Shown here: positions 60,783 through 64,000 of the stretch, piece after piece
Numbering within the stretch: position 1 is the first letter of the stretch
Layout: each line of letters begins with the position of its first letter
Source: Paraspadella gotoi
Taxonomy: Eukaryota > Animalia > Chaetognatha
NCBI GenBank assembly: GCA_051294375.1
Contig: CM119263.1
Coordinates: 15,912,532-15,976,531 of the forward strand
Length of the DNA stretch: 64,000 nucleotides
Direction of reading: 5' to 3'
The notes under the pieces: model-generated
What the model was told of the DNA's origin: nothing
The model's input: only the letters and a program-made list of their open reading frames with translations
The model's database searches: none
Position numbers and translations under genes: made by a program

Positions 60783-63700
60783 GTAAGTTAACGCTTTAGC
60801 GAAATCCTCCATGCGGTCGAATCGGAGTCCTACTGTTTGTTGCTCGTTCACCTCGCACCTGTCGTTCTTATAGAATCGTTCGCCTCGAGCTGTTCTTCTA
60901 TTAATAGTCGTTTTCGCTGGATTATCGCCATTCCTCTTTCCTCTTCGCATGCCGAAGCTAGTCTGGATGTCCAATGAAACGCGAGGAGAAGGGCGCACAG
61001 GAGAGCCGCGCAGCGAATTTGCAACCACAATCCGCAAATATGCTGGGCAAATATCCCGAAAAAAAAATATCCGTCGACGTTTTTAAAAAAAATCGGAAGA
61101 AAGATATATGAGGTGGAATAAAAACTCTTATGCAATAGAGGTTATTCTATATAAAGTATTGTTACTATTATTCTATAACTAATGTAAAACGCAAGATCTA
61201 TCCACGGAGCCTATGTATCTGATTTGCGGTCTGTAGAGATCACCATAAGATTATACTTGTAAAATACTCACCGCTACAAAATTATAAATTTATTTCAGAT
61301 ATTAACCGAGGAGAAAGTACTAGGAATTATCTTTGTGACTTTCCCACTGGCCTAGAAACTTCGTAAGTTAATTTTAAGACGATAGCGAACAGGCTTATGA
61401 GAAAAAAATTCAGTGAGGATTATAGTGATCGAAGTTATATAAATAATCAGGAAGTTAAAAAAAGAAAAAATTAGGAATACATTGCTGCATCGTTGGGCGA
61501 GATACGTCTATGTATAAATTGTGAAAGAAAACTGAATGCGAATATTATGAAATATTGAACCATCAGTAATCGATTATTAATATATTTATTAAGTTTATAC
61601 ACAATTATTGCTAGGATTTAGATATCAAGTAGCATCTTGATCTGTTTAGAGTAATTTACGTAATCACACGTCAGGATTATTTCAATATCTAATATCGCAG
61701 CTCTTCTGTCGTCATACCAGTATGTGGAAACATAATAAAATATAGATAGGTTTAATCTAATTTATTCATTATGAAAGAGCACTCTTACTGGAACAAGACT
61801 TCTGTCTTCCTCTTTTGGTGCAAAACATGAATTGGATAAATTTTGTCTCGAAGGCTCAATCCTACAGACACTACTTTAACGGAAGTCTCTAATCCGCTAC
61901 TCACTATTATGATATATTATATATTATATTATATTATGTCTATAAATTAATGAAAGAAGAAGAGACATATACATGCGTAGATTCTTAATACTCTATGTAA
62001 GTATATGGAGTGCCTTGAGAACCCACAAAGCTCTGATCCAATCGTCAGGGGCGAAGATATGATCTTATTTTTACAGATGAATGGTTAATTTTTATAACGG
62101 TTGTACCTAGTTTCATTAGCAACTTTAGGAAAAGAAAATAAAAATACTCAAATATCTCAACGACACTCATAAATTTTAAAAAATAATATATATATTCCAA
62201 ACATAGAAATTTAAGTCTTTAATAATCAGGTAAAATCCTGAGTCGATAATGCCACATCCTAATTTTGATGCATAAAAATTTATAACGAAGCACGCAGAAC
62301 ATGAAAAAAGGAACAAAAAAATACCTTCGAGGAAATGAGAGTTAAACATTGTCTTGAAAATAAAAGTCATTGAAGAAAAAAAATTGAAAGAAAACAGCAC
62401 CAGAACAACATACCTTGGGGGGGGAGGAAATAAAAAAAAACCGAAAAAAACGAATACAGGAACTTGATGCAAATTCTGAGCTCAACGAGTTTTTCTAGTG
62501 AAAGACAGAAAACGAGAAAATTCTGTCGGCAATTTCTTTCCATCTTTCGGTGTCACTCGACTCTTTCCGCCTTTAATTTTTAGTACTCGCTTATTGGAAG
62601 CCTCTCTCTCTCTACTCGCTCTCTCTCTCTCTCTCTCTCTCCTCTTCTCTCTCCTCTCATCTCCTCTCTCCTCTCTCTCTCTGCTCAGAGCCATAAAAAA
62701 CTTCTCGTATTTTCTTCTTTTTCTTCTCTGCACGAGTTTTTTCCTTATCTCCACTGGAAATAATTTTGACTAATGGGGGTTCGTGATAGGGTGTGTAAGT
62801 TGGCGATAACATTGTCGCTTGAATAAAGGGCGGGTCGGAAGACAAAAGGGCGTGAGGGGTTGCGTCCCTGTGTGTGTGCGGGTTTTGGCATGTAAGCTTT
62901 ATTGATGTGGACTGAACTTATCATTAGTGAATCAGTAGTTTTTGTCAGTCTGGAATATCGGCGTTGCCGCGCAGAGAATGATCTCGGACCGAGTTCTAGT
63001 GGAACCTAAAGGCTAAAGGAACAAAAAGGATTTCATTCTTAAAAGAATGAGAATTGTAAGACGTTCTTTTTAAAAACAAATTTTTGCATTAATTAATTTT
63101 CTCCTTTAGATTTTCCCCGCATGTGGGAAGGCATTTAAACAACAAAAGGAAAATGAAACCGTGGTCCAAGAAATCAAATAAAAAATAGTTAAAATAAAAA
63201 TTAACACTAAACAATTTTTAGTAAAGACCTATACTGTAAAAAAAGATCTTAACATCGATCGGCACCTGCGGTCTCCGCGGGTGATCCAGGCATGGAGGCC
63301 AAAATGAATGCAGAGGGAGGTGAGGATTGGGAGGCTGAGGCGGGGACTATGAGAGATCAAGGGGTGACAGTGTATAGTGGCGGTTTGTGGTTAGTTGAGC
63401 TAAGTGTTACATAGCGGTAATTGGAGGGGAAGCGGTGATCAAGGACCTTGGGCATAGTGGCCAAATAGGGAGAGGTAGAAGAAGGACGACCGAGGTGCGT
63501 AGATCGGGTTTTTGAGGAAAGCATTTATGCCATTGGGCCAAGCAATTGGGCCCAAGCCATTATGCCCAAGCTAATTTAACATTTCGAACTAAACTAAGAA
63601 AATTCGTTTTCAACCCCGAATTGATTTCGTAACGTAAATCAGTAGTAACTTTTATCAGTTTGTGCGTGGTATTGTTAAATTTTAGGGTTGTATTTTGTAT

Positions 63701-64000
63701 CGATCGATTATAAACGTTTTGCTTTAGCGATTTGCATTTGTTGTTGTCTTTCCTCTACTTGGTCGTCGCGTCGGTTCGTCGTCTCCAGGACAACCTCACG
63801 TCCCTTCTCTTCCCAAAGCTGTCGCGGCCCGACTATTTTTATCTTACAATTTTTATCTTGGGATTCTTTTCGCGTTTATCCTGTTTTTAACTGTCGATTA
63901 GGGACGCTGCAGTGACATTTTCGTCTCTCCGTGAGCTGTGAGATTCTCTGAGAGAAGTTTGTCAGGTAAAATGGATAACATTACAATTCTAGACTATGTG

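Overview
AT-rich eukaryotic (invertebrate-like) draft scaffold with N-gaps, many (AG)/(CT) microsatellites and spliceosomal introns; almost all ORF-track calls are microsatellite, gap or antisense artefacts. By hand-splicing GT-AG junctions I reconstructed four genes. These are a double-WAP (four-disulfide core) protein (+, <842-1771), a 111-aa secreted Cys-containing orphan (+, 3490-4376), a GH38 Golgi alpha-mannosidase II-like gene with apparently altered substrate subsites (-, 9711-15224), and a 9-exon, 639-aa secreted, acidic, dibasic-site-rich precursor with duplicated exons (-, 47999-52525). The most striking non-coding items are two mobile elements. One is a 777-bp TRIM-type LTR element (58406-59182) with Pol III A/B boxes in its LTRs and a PBS extended into a near-complete tRNA-Trp copy lacking the anticodon arm; a related solo LTR with a 4-bp TSD sits in a mannosidase intron. 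The other is a 530-bp Penelope-like insertion (20579-21108) with a 12-bp TSD and inverted arms each carrying a minimal hammerhead ribozyme, nested in an older foldback element. All family assignments come from motif reading and recall; no database search was run.
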